Notes under the pieces: generated by a model
What the model was told of the DNA's origin: nothing
The model's input: the letters and a program-made list of their open reading frames with translations, nothing else
Databases searched by the model: none
IMG/VR virus record: IMGVR_UViG_3300038334_000143
Coordinates: 1-50,725 of that record
Reading direction: 5' to 3' (one strand)
DNA: 50,725 bases
Origin: a virus
Taxonomy: Duplodnaviria > Caudoviricetes
Shown here: positions 39,076 through 47,569 of the stretch, piece after piece
Layout: each line of letters starts with the position of its first letter
Position numbering within the stretch: position 1 is the stretch's first letter
Program-made: the position numbers and the translations under genes

Positions 39076-39231
39076 GTGAGCAAGACACATTTGGGACTTT
39101 ATGTGGAATCGGTCGACAAGGATGATTTTCAGCAAATCGTCCGCGAAGAAAAGGCCAAGGACAAAAATCAGGATCACGGGAGCATCTTTCGCAACATGCT
39201 GAAAATATTTAAAGAAACAAGGGAAAGTTAA
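39076..39231 (+). CDS. 51-aa ORF at cro position (RHH-like; absent from ORF track)
   Basis: GGAGG RBS, GTG start, MSKTHLGLYVESVDKDDFQQIVREE..., stop abuts next ATG. Confidence 0.65.
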   Translation: MSKTHLGLYVESVDKDDFQQIVREEKAKDKNQDHGSIFRNMLKIFKETRES

Positions 39232-39232
39232 T

Positions 39233-39547
39233 ATGTTCGGCGGCAAAATAAAAAACCTGCGCAAAGATGCAGGTTTGAGTCAGAAAGACTGTGCGAGAAT
39301 TACCGGGGTAAGCCAGTCAACAATATCAACCACTGAAAAATCAACATGGCCCGATTCCGAGTATGTAGGTAAACTGTGTGCCCACTTGAACAAGCCGCTG
39401 GGAGAATTTTGGGACAACGAAAGTCGATCTGGCAAAGCGGAAATGTCCCCTGCATCCCTTACCCAAAAACTCGAATCTTTCCCCGAGGATAAGCAAAAAA
39501 AACTGATCCAGATATTCAACGACATTATGGATTCAATCAGAGGGTAA
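39233..39547 (+). CDS. XRE-family HTH regulator (Cro-like)
   Basis: IKNLRKDAGLSQKDCARITGVSQSTIS. Confidence 0.88.
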   Translation: MFGGKIKNLRKDAGLSQKDCARITGVSQSTISTTEKSTWPDSEYVGKLCAHLNKPLGEFWDNESRSGKAEMSPASLTQKLESFPEDKQKKLIQIFNDIMDSIRG

Positions 39548-39551
39548 AGTA

Positions 39552-40289
39552 ATGAACGCACTACAAATATTTAACTACGAGAATAAAGAAGTCCGTACGG
39601 TGATGGTCGACGACGAGTTGTTTTTTGTGGCGAAGGATGTATGCGACGTGCTGGGAATAGATGATGTGAGGCAGGCGGTTGAGCGTATTGATTGTGATGA
39701 TAAGCTGACTGGTAAAATATACCACTCAGGTCAGAATCGTGAGATGTGGATCATCAATGAATCCGGGTTGTATTCTCTCATTCTGCGATCCAATAAGCCC
39801 GAAGCCCGCCGGTTCAAAAAATGGGTCACATCGGAGGTTCTCCCGTCCATCCGCAAAACCGGCTCCTATTCAATTACCGGTGACACTCGAAAACTCATGG
39901 CCCTGGCACTCATCGAGGCTGACAAAATCATCAAAGAGCAGGCTCCAAAGGTCGAGGCGTTCGACACATTTATGGATGCCGATAATGCCCTGGATATGGC
40001 TACCGTTGCCGGGTTGTTTGGTCTCGGTCGTAATAACTTCATGAAAATGCTGCGGGTCGCTCATATACTCAAAAAAGACAACACTCCATATGTTGATTAT
40101 CTGCACCATTTCAAGCCAGTGTTAAAGTCTATCACCAAGGGCGACATTATCGAAAACGTGCCTGTGACTCTGTTCAGGCCGTCCGGCGTGGAGTATGTAA
40201 TGAGGCGTTTCAACCTGCAATTAGTCAAACAGCCGCTTTTGTCCTTCGACAAGAAAGAAAAATCCAATCAACAGGAGGCCTGTCAATGA
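39552..40289 (+). CDS. Antirepressor (BRO-N plus KilA-C-like)
   Basis: FVAKDVC, INESGLYSLILRSNKPEARRFKKWVTSEVLPSIRKTG, APKVEAFD. Confidence 0.95.
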   Translation: MNALQIFNYENKEVRTVMVDDELFFVAKDVCDVLGIDDVRQAVERIDCDDKLTGKIYHSGQNREMWIINESGLYSLILRSNKPEARRFKKWVTSEVLPSIRKTGSYSITGDTRKLMALALIEADKIIKEQAPKVEAFDTFMDADNALDMATVAGLFGLGRNNFMKMLRVAHILKKDNTPYVDYLHHFKPVLKSITKGDIIENVPVTLFRPSGVEYVMRRFNLQLVKQPLLSFDKKEKSNQQEACQ

Positions 40290-40542
40290 TGTCCATGTTC
40301 TATCTCGGTCTTATTCTCGGCATTATTGCCGGTGTGCTTCTCGGACTCCTTCTTGCCGGACAGCGGAGAGTCAGGAAGGCGGCGAGTCATGATGTACGAA
40401 ATGCAAGGTGGGGCGGGTGAGTAAGAAAATGTCAGCTAAAGAACAGGCGGCTCGACGCGCAGCAGAGAGGTCTAGATTTGGGATTTCCTTTGCGGAAAAA
40501 CTTTACAACCAAATTATGCAAGAGACTACGGGAGGTAAATCA

Positions 40543-40749
40543 ATGCACATACACGAAATCAAAATAAAAAAAGTTAACCGAGGTTTTATCGTTGAGGTCG
40601 GATGTCAGACATTCGTTTTTGAGAACGAAAAGAAAATGTTCGACGCCATGGTTGAATATTGGAAAGAGCCGGCGGCAGCAGAAGCGAAGTATTGCGATTT
40701 GCCATCAAGCGGGGTGTCATGGGCAGCGACTCCACCGTCTGAAATATAA
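40543..40749 (+). CDS. Hypothetical protein
   Basis: GGAGG RBS; NRGFIVEVGCQTFVFE. Confidence 0.65.
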   Translation: MHIHEIKIKKVNRGFIVEVGCQTFVFENEKKMFDAMVEYWKEPAAAEAKYCDLPSSGVSWAATPPSEI

Positions 40750-40772
40750 ATAATCATACAGGAGGGTGCCGG

Positions 40773-40973
40773 ATGAATAGCGAAAACTTTATTCAGACGC
40801 TTTTAAAAATTGAATCCCTTTGTGACGACTTAACGACAGCAATGATAATTCTCGCTCTCTGTTATGTGATCCTGATTATCGCTCTGCTGTCCTGCTTTTC
40901 CAGAGGCGGCAGGGACTATGTGATAACGAGAGACCGGGAAGGAAGAATTTTAGTACTGAGGACTGAATCATGA
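40773..40973 (+). CDS. Small membrane protein
   Basis: RBS; single TM segment. Confidence 0.6.
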   Translation: MNSENFIQTLLKIESLCDDLTTAMIILALCYVILIIALLSCFSRGGRDYVITRDREGRILVLRTES

Positions 40974-41140
40974 CACAGACAGCAACAACACAGACAGCGA
41001 AAAGACCGCAACGCACCACGACACAAGTATGTCCGAAATGCGGCGGAACAATGGAAGCAAAGGGCGAAGAGAAACGCTTTCTGGCAATGTTCGTCTGCCA
41101 GGCTTGCGGATTTAAAAGAGTATTGGAGGGCGATCGATGA
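40970..41140 (+). CDS. Small Zn-ribbon protein (absent from ORF track)
   Basis: MTQTAT...CPKCGG...CQACGF, coupled at both ends. Confidence 0.65.
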   Translation: MTQTATTQTAKRPQRTTTQVCPKCGGTMEAKGEEKRFLAMFVCQACGFKRVLEGDR

Positions 41141-41355
41141 ACACGCTGAATATGCAGAGGATTAACTCACACACCGAACGCCAGGCGATCACGCCGACGA
41201 TCACGCAGTATCGCACCGGGACGCGCCGGTATGTCTGCCGATCCTGCGGAACACTGGTCGAGCTGGTATATTTGCCAGGGATGCAGTCAGAGACGCGGCA
41301 ATATTTCCGCAAACTGGCAGAGCACAAATTTTGTTCAAAATGCCATAAGGCATAA
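41137..41355 (+). CDS. Small Zn-finger protein
   Basis: CRSC...CSKC. Confidence 0.65.
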   Translation: MNTLNMQRINSHTERQAITPTITQYRTGTRRYVCRSCGTLVELVYLPGMQSETRQYFRKLAEHKFCSKCHKA

Positions 41356-41384
41356 AATTAAATCAACTATTAAGGGAGGGGGCT

Positions 41385-41798
41385 ATGAACGTATTATCAT
41401 TTATTCTCGGGGGAATTTTAATTCCTTTGGTCGTAGCGATGGTGTTGTGCGCCATTGAGGGCGCAAAGTCGTACCTGGCGAAATATGCAAACTGGAAAGA
41501 CTCAAGCGAGGAATGGGAACGTGACCAGGCGGTGCTGTCAGCAGCATACGAGTATCTGGAAAAGCACGACATGGTAGATGATTTTCATGAATATTTCGAC
41601 GGGATTAACGGTGAGACCGAAGAAGAATATGAAGAAGAGGAAGAGACAGGGGAAGTTGAGACCGCCGGAACCGTAGCAGATTTGGACGAGAAAGAAATGG
41701 CTGAAACTGTTATCGACCTTGATGACGAAGGTGACTCAAGCGGGGCCGCTATAGCCGCACCGGTAGCGGCGAGAGGCAGCAGACGCAAGGCCGGATAA
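41385..41798 (+). CDS. Membrane-anchored protein with very acidic tail
   Basis: N-terminal TM; EEEYEEEEETGE. Confidence 0.7.
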   Translation: MNVLSFILGGILIPLVVAMVLCAIEGAKSYLAKYANWKDSSEEWERDQAVLSAAYEYLEKHDMVDDFHEYFDGINGETEEEYEEEEETGEVETAGTVADLDEKEMAETVIDLDDEGDSSGAAIAAPVAARGSRRKAG

Positions 41799-42074
41799 TA
41801 GGGCGGCACAATGAGCGATACGGTCGTCATCAGTTTTGTGGAGAGGCAAGCATCCGGCCTGTGTCTCACTCCATGCCCGGCAGGGAAGGATTGCAAAGTG
41901 AATTCGAAGACATGCCAGGAATGCGGAGACTTCGCCGGGTATGTGTCAGAACGAGAAATAAGGTGCGGAGGGGTCGAATGAATTTTTTCAACGGATTAAA
42001 GAACTCGCTCATCGTATCGGCAGCATTATGGATTCTGATTTTTGCCGTCGTGTATATTATCGTAAGGTGATCAA

Positions 42075-42887
42075 ATGAATTTGAAATACACCGACAACTC
42101 AAAGCAGTTAATCAAAGAGCTGCGCAAGGTGCACGGCGCACTCGCGGAGGCCGGAGCAGAGTCGCTCAACATGGGAGCCGTGAGGATGGAGCGGAACTAC
42201 AAAGGGCGACTGCAACGGTTCATCCTGCGGAATAAATACACGATGGGCGCTACGAAGGTCTACAAGGCGAACGCACAGCGGTCCGGTGGTGATTTTCGAT
42301 CAATAGATAATATCAATGCCTGCGTGGTGGTCCGCAAGCAGAAAGGTGGAAAGGACCACTATTTGAAGGCCCAGGAAGAGGGAAAAACAAAGATCGGCAA
42401 CCCGAAAACGAAAGGTCGGGTGCCGGTCCCCCTGGACACTGCGAGGATGGGCGGCAGCAGTCGCAGGCCGGTAGCGAGGCCGTACAGGCTGAACGTTGCA
42501 GGAGCGCAGACATTGCAGATCGGCGGGCGGCCGTTCGGAACATCGGGCGACGGATTCAACGCACGAGGCGGGGCGCAACGGTGGGCGATACTGTACAAGT
42601 ACACCGGGCGCAGCGGGAGCGGAAAAGGTAATCAGAAAAAAGGCCAGACTCACGCGGTAGGCCGGTACGGTTGGGACATGAAAAAGCCGTTCATTTTCCA
42701 GGGGATGAAAAAGGGACTCGGAATATTTGCGCTGAAGGGCGGCAGAATCAATATGATCCGCACGCTCGAAGCTAGAGCAGTTAAGGTAAAAGCGCGGCAT
42801 TATTTTGAGGAGTCGCTCAGAGATGTGAAGCCGCAGCAGTTGGAAGCGTATTTTCAAGTCGCAGCGAGGAAGAGGATTAAGAAATAG
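42075..42887 (+). CDS. Basic protein, possibly tail completion (gpZ-like)
   Basis: K/R/G-rich; helical termini (ESLNMGA..., KARHYFEESL) reminiscent of gpZ/neck proteins. Confidence 0.4.
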   Translation: MNLKYTDNSKQLIKELRKVHGALAEAGAESLNMGAVRMERNYKGRLQRFILRNKYTMGATKVYKANAQRSGGDFRSIDNINACVVVRKQKGGKDHYLKAQEEGKTKIGNPKTKGRVPVPLDTARMGGSSRRPVARPYRLNVAGAQTLQIGGRPFGTSGDGFNARGGAQRWAILYKYTGRSGSGKGNQKKGQTHAVGRYGWDMKKPFIFQGMKKGLGIFALKGGRINMIRTLEARAVKVKARHYFEESLRDVKPQQLEAYFQVAARKRIKK

Positions 42888-42894
42888 AGAACAT

Positions 42895-42999
42895 GGCCCC
42901 GTGGCGGAATTGGTAGACGTGCCCACAACGTGGGAGGCCCGAAATACAGCGCGCGGGAAATAGGGCTGAGAATGCATGGTTCGAATCCTGCCGGGGCCA
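42895..42999 (+). ncRNA. tRNA-Leu-like RNA with a 3-nt loop in place of the anticodon loop
   Basis: Acceptor GGCCCCG/CGGGGCC+A, D arm GCGGAATTGGTAGACGT, stem CCCAC-AAC-GTGGG, long variable arm, GGTTCGAATCC. Confidence 0.7.
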
Positions 43000-43074
43000 C
43001 AACGCAACGCCCGAGAAAGAGGCAAAAGCGATTAGCCGGGGAGTTGAGATAGTCCGGACGCTCCCCGGCACCAT

Positions 43075-43156
43075 GGGAAGTTCGCATAATGGTAGTGCCC
43101 CCGGCTGTAACCCGGCAGGAACGTAAAGTTTGGAGGTTCGAGTCCTTCACTTCCCA
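43075..43156 (+). tRNA. tRNA-Tyr(GTA)
   Basis: GGGAAGT/ACTTCCC+A, D arm, CCGG-CTGTAAC-CCGG, long variable region, GGAGG-TTCGAGT-CCTTC; CCA not encoded. Confidence 0.88.
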
Positions 43157-43379
43157 CATAAAATCCCACCGCAGCCGGATACGCGGAAAGGGTCGCGGAA
43201 AGCAGCGTAAGAGAGTCGCCACGGCTCGAATCCTCGGAGAGGGGTAACGCTGAGTGGACGCCGCTGTTTAAACCGGTAGTCCGGGGGAGGAGTCCAGGGG
43301 CTTAGATGACCCGACGAATCCCCCGGCAACATAAAACGGACACGATCACGCAGTACCAGATCAAAACGGGAGGGCTTAC

Positions 43380-43604
43380 ATGATAACCAAAAGGATGAAA
43401 ATTTCTTTCGCCGTACCCATGGCCGGGGACAGCGAAAAAGTGGCGATATACTCCAAGGAGACCACGCATGAGGGAGAACTGAGCCACGATGATATTGCCG
43501 ACCATATCCGGCAAGAACTCGCAGAGATCGGAAAGACGTTCGGAAAGGCGCGGGTGTTCAGTATCCTCTTTTTCGACGAACAAAGGCCGGTAATGATGCA
43601 ATGA
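43380..43604 (+). CDS. Hypothetical protein
   Basis: GGAGG RBS. Confidence 0.65.
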   Translation: MITKRMKISFAVPMAGDSEKVAIYSKETTHEGELSHDDIADHIRQELAEIGKTFGKARVFSILFFDEQRPVMMQ

Positions 43605-43807
43605 ACATCGAGGAGCGAGAAAAGTCAATGTTCGAGCTGTTGAGGATGGCATCTTTACGGCTCGGCAGTGGACACCCCATTCTGGCGGGATCTCTGGCAC
43701 ACCGGGAGATCGACACGGTATTGGAGGCCGTGACGGCAGCGAGGAGAGAGGAGGCCGGGAGCGGCAACGCGGTGAGAGGTGCGAGCGGTGCGATTGTGAG
43801 GGTGTAG
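43601..43807 (+). CDS. Hypothetical protein
   Basis: Coupled ATGA overlap. Confidence 0.55.
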   Translation: MNIEEREKSMFELLRMASLRLGSGHPILAGSLAHREIDTVLEAVTAARREEAGSGNAVRGASGAIVRV

Positions 43808-43908
43808 AGGAGAGAAAACAAGGCAGGCTGGGCGTGGCAAGGCCGGGCGAGGAACAAGGAGCGGAGCGCGGCGCTTAAAACGCGCAAATAAAAATAGGAG
43901 CAACCCAC

Positions 43909-44106
43909 ATGCCCACCATCACCCGACACCCTGAACTCGAAGCGGCCCCGGACCGGCTGTCACTCACACCGCCGGGGGACGGCTTCGAAGGGTTCGCGGC
44001 CTCATATCCTTGCGAGTGCGGCCGGGGAGTGGTGCTGATCCGGGAGGGCAAGCCCCGGAGGTTGCAAAAGTGTTTCGAGTGCAGCATGCGGATCATTGAA
44101 ATATAG
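43909..44106 (+). CDS. Small Zn-finger protein
   Basis: GGAG RBS; CECG...CFEC. Confidence 0.6.
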   Translation: MPTITRHPELEAAPDRLSLTPPGDGFEGFAASYPCECGRGVVLIREGKPRRLQKCFECSMRIIEI

Positions 44107-44127
44107 TGAATATAACAGGAGTGTAGA

Positions 44128-44490
44128 ATGGCAAGAGACCTTAACAGAACAATTCTCATCGGCAATCTCGTGAAAGACCCGGAGGCCGGTTTCACGCCGA
44201 ACGGCTCCCCGCTGACCAATTTCACGATTGCCAGCAATGACGAGTGGGGGACCGGCGATCAAAAACAGGAGCACGTTTCATATTTTGATATCGTTGCATG
44301 GGGCAAGGTCGGTGAGGTAGTGGCGAAATACTGCAAAAAGGGCTCAAAGGTCAGCATCGAGGCGAAGCTCAAACAGGAACGCTGGCAGAATAGTGACGGA
44401 AAAACCTGGTCGAGGATTGTGATCACGGCCGAAACGGTGCAATTTTTAACACCAAAAAAAGACGACTTCGAAAACAATATTCCGGTTTAA
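44128..44490 (+). CDS. ssb: Single-stranded DNA-binding protein
   Basis: LNRTILIGNLVKDPE, FDIVAWGK, KKGSKVSIE. Confidence 0.95.
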   Translation: MARDLNRTILIGNLVKDPEAGFTPNGSPLTNFTIASNDEWGTGDQKQEHVSYFDIVAWGKVGEVVAKYCKKGSKVSIEAKLKQERWQNSDGKTWSRIVITAETVQFLTPKKDDFENNIPV

Positions 44491-44662
44491 GGAGAGGAGG
44501 CAACCCGATGAACACGAAACTCGATAAAGACATGTGCAATGTAGACGATTCTATCGTCTGCAAGATGTGCGGGAATTACCCTGCTACAACGCCGACTGGA
44601 CTGTATTGTGTCCGGTGCAATTTAACACTGCCGAAAGGATTTACCAGGCCGGTAGGGAAGTC

Positions 44663-45046
44663 ATGAAAACCGAGGCGCTTATCCAGATCGAACTTGTCAA
44701 TTGGCTGTCCGCCAATGCCCGACGGTATGGATTCTTTTTCTTTTCAATACCGAATGAGGGGTTTATGAAGTCCCGTACCGTGGGGAGGTTTGACGTACAT
44801 CGAAAATTTGTCTACGCGCTTCTCGCAGTACTGAAAAAAATGGGACTGACTCCTGGAGTGCCGGACCTGTGTATCGTGTACCAGGGAGAGGCGTATTTTC
44901 TGGAGGTAAAAAACGAGGATGGACGCCTCACGGGATCGCAGCCGGTTGTCCATGAGCGTTTACGGGAGGTCGGTTGCCCTGTGTGTGTGGTCCGAACGTT
45001 AGACGACATGGAAATGCAGCTCAGAGAGTGGGGGATTGTAGGATGA
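44663..45046 (+). CDS. VRR-NUC domain nuclease
   Basis: FSIPNEG, GLTPGVPDL, FLEVK..GRLT.SQ. Confidence 0.9.
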   Translation: MKTEALIQIELVNWLSANARRYGFFFFSIPNEGFMKSRTVGRFDVHRKFVYALLAVLKKMGLTPGVPDLCIVYQGEAYFLEVKNEDGRLTGSQPVVHERLREVGCPVCVVRTLDDMEMQLREWGIVG

Positions 45047-45219
45047 AGCGCGACGACCGAGTAGTCACGCCTGCCGGACCGGGGACGATCATCGGAATTG
45101 ATCTACCGGATAGCAGGAGGGCACGGCGGTATGTGGTAAGACTGGACGGTGCCGAGGACTGGGAGGAAGGATTCAATTTCGACCCGTGTTATTTTGAGAG
45201 TGAATTGAGGAGCGAGTGA
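45043..45219 (+). CDS. Small SH3/KOW-like hypothetical protein
   Basis: DRVVTPAGPGTI...YFESEL. Confidence 0.55.
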   Translation: MKRDDRVVTPAGPGTIIGIDLPDSRRARRYVVRLDGAEDWEEGFNFDPCYFESELRSE

Positions 45220-45563
45220 ACGTGAGCAAATTAAAACATACGCCGGGGCCGTGGGAAATTGCTGGAGCATATAATCAATTTATTTCCGGTTCTTATAGCG
45301 ATGAATCGGATTCACTTATCGGAGAGGTATTTGGAAGAATTGGCAATGTTCCGTCTATGGGAGATTGGCAAGCTAATATTCGCCTGATTCTTGCCGCGCC
45401 GGATATGCTGGAAGCACTAATCGAAACAAGACGAATATTACTGTCAGAAAATAATGCCATTATTGACACAATATGGAGAACAGACACCGAAACTCTCGTT
45501 GATTATATTGACGATGTCATCGAATGCGCCACTGGCCTCTCCATCGAGGAGGTGCTCTCTTGA
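45216..45563 (+). CDS. Conserved phage protein (HTPGPW...ANIRLILAAPDML family)
   Basis: Motifs common in small phage proteins. Confidence 0.8.
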   Translation: MNVSKLKHTPGPWEIAGAYNQFISGSYSDESDSLIGEVFGRIGNVPSMGDWQANIRLILAAPDMLEALIETRRILLSENNAIIDTIWRTDTETLVDYIDDVIECATGLSIEEVLS

Positions 45564-47032
45564 TCACCCTCCGCCCATATCAGACCGAGGCCCGGTACCA
45601 GATCAACACCCTGGCGAACGCCGGACGGAATCCGCTGTTCGTATCCGGGACCGGTACCGGGAAGACGAAGACCTCCACGGTCACTATCGCCGACCGCATC
45701 AAGCTCGGCGGGCGGGTATTTGTACTCGCTCCTCAGATTGAGATTTTCAGCCAGTGGGTCGTCGAACTCTCACGCGCTGGCCTAAACCCCGGCTATATAA
45801 ACGACAAGGGAATCAGAGGCAGGAACCGCGATGTGTATGTGTGCATGCCGCTGTCCCTGGCGAACCTGCTGCCATACACCCCGGAGAAAACCGGACCGAC
45901 GGAGATATGGACAGATGAGGCACATCACTCGCTGGCATCCTCCTGGGAGTCGATATACACCCACTTCGACCGAGCGCAGCGCGTAGGCCTCACCGCGACG
46001 CCGTACCGGATGGACAACCGTCCTCTTGGCGACTGGTACACAGATATTGTGCAGACGATCACGCCACGGCAGGCAATCGACGCAGGGTATCTCGCAGAGC
46101 CTCTCGTGATCGTGCCGGAGGAGTACCGTCTTACCGTGCCGATCAATCGCGGGGATATTCCGCCAGAGGTGCAGGCCGACGCCCTGGGGGAACCGCGTGT
46201 AATCGGCGATATGATAGGCCGATATGGTGATATTTTCGGAGGACTACCGGTCCTTGTGGCGTGCGCGACACATGAGCACGCGAAACAGATCACGGCGGCA
46301 TTCAACGCAGCGGGCTGGAAATTCGAGCACATTCACAGCGGACTCTCAGAGGTTGATCGCGCCCGGATGCTCTCGGCGATCCGCACGGGGAAATTAAACG
46401 GCCTATGCACTGTGGGGATCGGCATCGAGGGCATGGATATACCCGGCCTGTACGGGCTGATCTGGATGCGGCGGACCATGAGTCTGACGATATATCTGCA
46501 ATTTATCGGTCGTATTCTTCGCCCCTTACCGGGTAAAAAATACGGCATTATTCTCGACGGCGTAGGGAATACCTTTATCCACGGACGGCCTGATATGGAT
46601 CGGAAGTGGTCCCTCTCCACTGGTTACGAGCCACAGGATGAGAGCGAGACGGCACCGACAATGCGTCTGTGTCCTGCCTGCGGGGTGATGAATAGTGTGG
46701 GAAATATAATATGCCATCTGTGCGGGATCGAACTTGACGGGGATGCTGCCGACGCTATACGGGCGAAAAAGAAACGGGGCTTTCCGGCGATGGTAGACGG
46801 CCGACTTGTAGTACTGAACGAGGAAGCACAGGAGCGACGGGCCGAGGACATCCGAGAGAAACTGGCAGCACAACGGGCGGCAAGTGGAGAAGCGCAGGGA
46901 ACGGTCGCGGGGACCGGTGGAGCGGAGCCGGTGGAGTTGTCCAAGGCCGAGAAAGTGAACATTCTCAGCAAGGGATTGACCGGGCGGGACACAAAGAGCC
47001 TGTTCCGGGAGACGTTAAAAGAATTCGTATAA
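45560..47032 (+). CDS. SF2 DEAD/DEAH-like helicase with C-terminal Zn finger
   Basis: GTGTGKT, DEAHH, GLTATP, EGMDIP, QFIGRILR, CPAC...CHLC; TTG start with GGAGG. Confidence 0.93.
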   Translation: MITLRPYQTEARYQINTLANAGRNPLFVSGTGTGKTKTSTVTIADRIKLGGRVFVLAPQIEIFSQWVVELSRAGLNPGYINDKGIRGRNRDVYVCMPLSLANLLPYTPEKTGPTEIWTDEAHHSLASSWESIYTHFDRAQRVGLTATPYRMDNRPLGDWYTDIVQTITPRQAIDAGYLAEPLVIVPEEYRLTVPINRGDIPPEVQADALGEPRVIGDMIGRYGDIFGGLPVLVACATHEHAKQITAAFNAAGWKFEHIHSGLSEVDRARMLSAIRTGKLNGLCTVGIGIEGMDIPGLYGLIWMRRTMSLTIYLQFIGRILRPLPGKKYGIILDGVGNTFIHGRPDMDRKWSLSTGYEPQDESETAPTMRLCPACGVMNSVGNIICHLCGIELDGDAADAIRAKKKRGFPAMVDGRLVVLNEEAQERRAEDIREKLAAQRAASGEAQGTVAGTGGAEPVELSKAEKVNILSKGLTGRDTKSLFRETLKEFV

Positions 47033-47044
47033 CGGAGGGAAAAA

Positions 47045-47236
47045 GTGAGTATTGAATATTATCATGGGACAGAAGGTCCGACAATCAACATCGAATCGCA
47101 TCAGGACTTAATTAACGCGCTCGATATCCTGCATACTCAGTGCATGGATAATTTACCGGAAGATTCTATTGCAACGACAGTACTTGTAAACGCCATGGAA
47201 GCATTGTCGATGGAACATGATATCTATCCGGAATAA
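47045..47236 (+). CDS. Hypothetical protein
   Basis: GGAGG RBS, GTG start. Confidence 0.6.
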   Translation: MSIEYYHGTEGPTINIESHQDLINALDILHTQCMDNLPEDSIATTVLVNAMEALSMEHDIYPE

Positions 47237-47255
47237 CTATCAACAGGAGGGTTCT

Positions 47256-47534
47256 ATGGCAACAAAAGCAGTAAAGGCAGCAAACACGAAGGGCATCAAG
47301 AAGGGATCGGCGGTATGGTTTCGCACCAGGAACGGCGGGCCATTTATGGGTGAAGTGGTCGGGATAGTACAGCCTTACGATTTGCCCGATCTTCGTGCGA
47401 AAGGCGTGCGTGATCTGAAAATGCTCGGTTTCAACAAAATGATGCAGACGGGCGGACGGGATCACAAATCTTTTCTCGTGTCCTGCGGTGGATTTCTGTA
47501 CTGGCCGAAGGTCAGCACGATTCAGGTGGTGTAG
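47256..47534 (+). CDS. Hypothetical protein
   Basis: GGAGG RBS; LYWPKVS motif. Confidence 0.7.
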   Translation: MATKAVKAANTKGIKKGSAVWFRTRNGGPFMGEVVGIVQPYDLPDLRAKGVRDLKMLGFNKMMQTGGRDHKSFLVSCGGFLYWPKVSTIQVV

Positions 47535-47569
47535 TCAGTAGCTATTTACAGCCCCCACGAGGGGGCAAC

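Noticed and set aside
43000-43170. Theta (HDV-like) ribozyme at tRNA 3' ends
   Set aside because: Sequences after the discriminator are A/C-rich linkers; no nested double pseudoknot could be built by eye
42300-43222. Long minus-strand ORFs over the gpZ-like gene and RNA cluster
   Set aside because: Antisense to a coding gene and to tRNA structures
43203-43252. Hammerhead ribozyme
   Set aside because: Three-way junction has GAA and GTA linkers but lacks the CUGANGA core
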